DNA of 64,000 nucleotides from NCBI GenBank assembly GCA_965217865.1, contig CBDCJO010000002.1, forward strand, positions 1,920,001 to 1,984,000, in the 5' to 3' direction. Shown in pieces: positions 62,792-64,000 of this stretch (the first letter of the stretch is position 1; each line of letters opens with the position of its first letter). The translations under genes and the position numbers were made by a program. The stretch is from Candidatus Latescibacterota bacterium. Lineage in GTDB: Bacteria > Latescibacterota > UBA2968 > SICM01. The notes beneath the pieces are model-generated. The model did no database searches. It was not told the DNA's origin and was given only the letters and a program-made list of their open reading frames with translations.

Positions 62792-63169
62792 ATGGAATCC
62801 GAGACACGTCTTCGTGCGATTCTACGGTTTGTAAAACGTGTCGCTCTATTTGAGGTCGCTCTGCTCGCGCTGCTTGGCTTTGTATGTTGGGCCGCAGGAT
62901 GGAACTCTCTGAACCAATACAGTGCCGTTGTCTTTTGGGTAGGGATTCTAATTTTCATCATCGGAACATTGGGCGTCACAGGTAGGTTGGGCGCGACTGG
63001 TGACTTCAAGTATCAGTATAGTCAAACTGCAAGCCACCAGAGTTCAACCGAGAGAGCCCAGCAGGACGTGGCGGATCAAATTCATAGCGGGAGGGCACAT
63101 GCAGTCATATTTACTGTCGGGACTCTCGCCGTCATAGTTGGCTCAGTGATTCCACTAATTGCTGGGTGA
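62792..63169 (+). CDS. hypothetical 3-TM membrane protein, possible gene cassette
   Basis: Hydrophobic segments; followed by GCATAAC (attC R''-like). Confidence 0.7.
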   Translation: MESETRLRAILRFVKRVALFEVALLALLGFVCWAAGWNSLNQYSAVVFWVGILIFIIGTLGVTGRLGATGDFKYQYSQTASHQSSTERAQQDVADQIHSGRAHAVIFTVGTLAVIVGSVIPLIAG

Positions 63170-63337
63170 ACAGAGGGGAACCGGCGCATAACACATATTA
63201 AAGGCCCCGGGTCAAGAAAAAAAGACTCCTCCATCACGATTTTCACCGTTTTTTTGCGACCCTAACGTTCGGGGCGTGCAATGAGCCGATCCGAAGAGGT
63301 TTGGCGATGTTCGGATCTTTGTCAGTCGTCGGTCTGA

Positions 63338-63693
63338 CTTGATTTTCACAAACCGGGCTAGATGTGAGCCATCTGCACCAAACACGTATCGGGAATCAAG
63401 CGCCTCTCACGGTATACTGTGGAGCGCCCTGGGAGAGGCATTGTCCTCTCCCTCCAGAAAATAATCGGTACCCCTTGAGTCCCAATCAAGAAGGATGGCT
63501 GTTCTCCCCTTTTATGAGGGGGAACGCCAGTTAGGTTCGGGTTCATCGCGGGGGCAGACGGACTGACTGTCTCAGATCCGCTCATCTATGTTCTAAATAA
63601 GGGGTGAAGGCGGCTTCCCAATCAAGCCGATGAGCTGGGCTATTGTCCGGACGTTGCCCTGCCAGTTAGGCGCCGGGTTAACCGCCCCACCCA
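63338..63693 (-). ncRNA. candidate bridge/seek RNA with three guide-like loops
   Basis: Three CCCG-(N8-9)-TGG modules; two share CTTGATTGGGA; N8-9 segments match the flanking target and the element end. Confidence 0.7.
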
Positions 63694-64000
63694 TTATGCT
63701 ACAAACCGTTTCTCGTCGAATGCCTGGCCGTTTTTGAGCATTTGGTAGGCGGCCACGCCGAATTTGTGAGCGATGACGCTCTTGGCTTTTCCCGGACCTT
63801 GTTTGCTTTTGAGCTTCTCGTAGTATCTATTGATCGGTTCTGACCATCGCTGGGCGACGAGGATGATTTCTGAGAAGGCCCACTTTAGGTGTGGGTTGCC
63901 GATTTTGTTATTCCCGTCCTTTGTCTTCTTTCCAGCGGACTCTCTCTCGACTTTGATCAGCCGGCTGTAGGAGGAGAAGGCTGAAGCGGATTTGAACCGT
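63694..64000 (-). CDS. IS110-family recombinase/transposase, C-terminal part
   Basis: Not in ORF track. Manual translation RFKSASAFSSYSRLIKVERESAGKK...KIGNPHLKWAFSE...AKSVIAHKFGVAAYQMLKNGQAFDEKRFVA*. Confidence 0.92.
   Translation of the reverse strand, partial: RFKSASAFSSYSRLIKVERESAGKKTKDGNNKIGNPHLKWAFSEIILVAQRWSEPINRYYEKLKSKQGPGKAKSVIAHKFGVAAYQMLKNGQAFDEKRFVA

Larger units (their letters stand above)
63193..64000 (-). mobile_element. IS110-family element (IS1111-like layout, 3' non-coding end), partial
   Basis: Transposase C-terminus, ~500-nt structured 3' non-coding region, end CTTGACCCGGGGCCTTTAATATGT abutting GTTATGC. Confidence 0.82.

Noticed and set aside
63358-63585. 75-aa ORF downstream of the IS110 transposase
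   Set aside because: Overlaps the structured non-coding modules and has no protein features.

Overview
Bacterial chromosomal window of moderately high GC from a diderm (bamD, cpoB/ybgF). A C-terminal dockerin/EF-hand-like tail on an FG-GAP protein suggests a Latescibacterota/Gemmatimonadota-like lineage (inference only). Positions 1-50 kb are mostly housekeeping and catabolic genes: ligD phosphoesterase (partial), mfd, an orphan frameshifted fliG, glcF-like, thiolase, lepB, tRNA-Gly, nadD, hemL, rpiB, a lysine riboswitch before asd, a hemD-hemE fusion with hemH and hemY/G, ycaQ and msrA. Their intergenic spaces are crowded with heptamer microsatellites, several REP-like families and two copies of an internally deleted IS200-type mini-element. 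Positions 50-64 kb are a decayed mobile region: two near-identical IS1182-like copies enclose a truncated type I-E CRISPR array fused to a cas8e fragment and other gene fragments, followed by an IS1380, an S41 peptidase, IS630 remnants and the 3' end of an IS110. The strongest signal is the ~500-nt non-coding end of that IS110. It has three homologous guide-like loops: two match the integron attC core (GTTAGG) and one matches the element's own end junction. This is a candidate multi-loop bridge/seek RNA, sitting in an attC-like site. All calls come from reading the sequence and ORF track; no database search was run.
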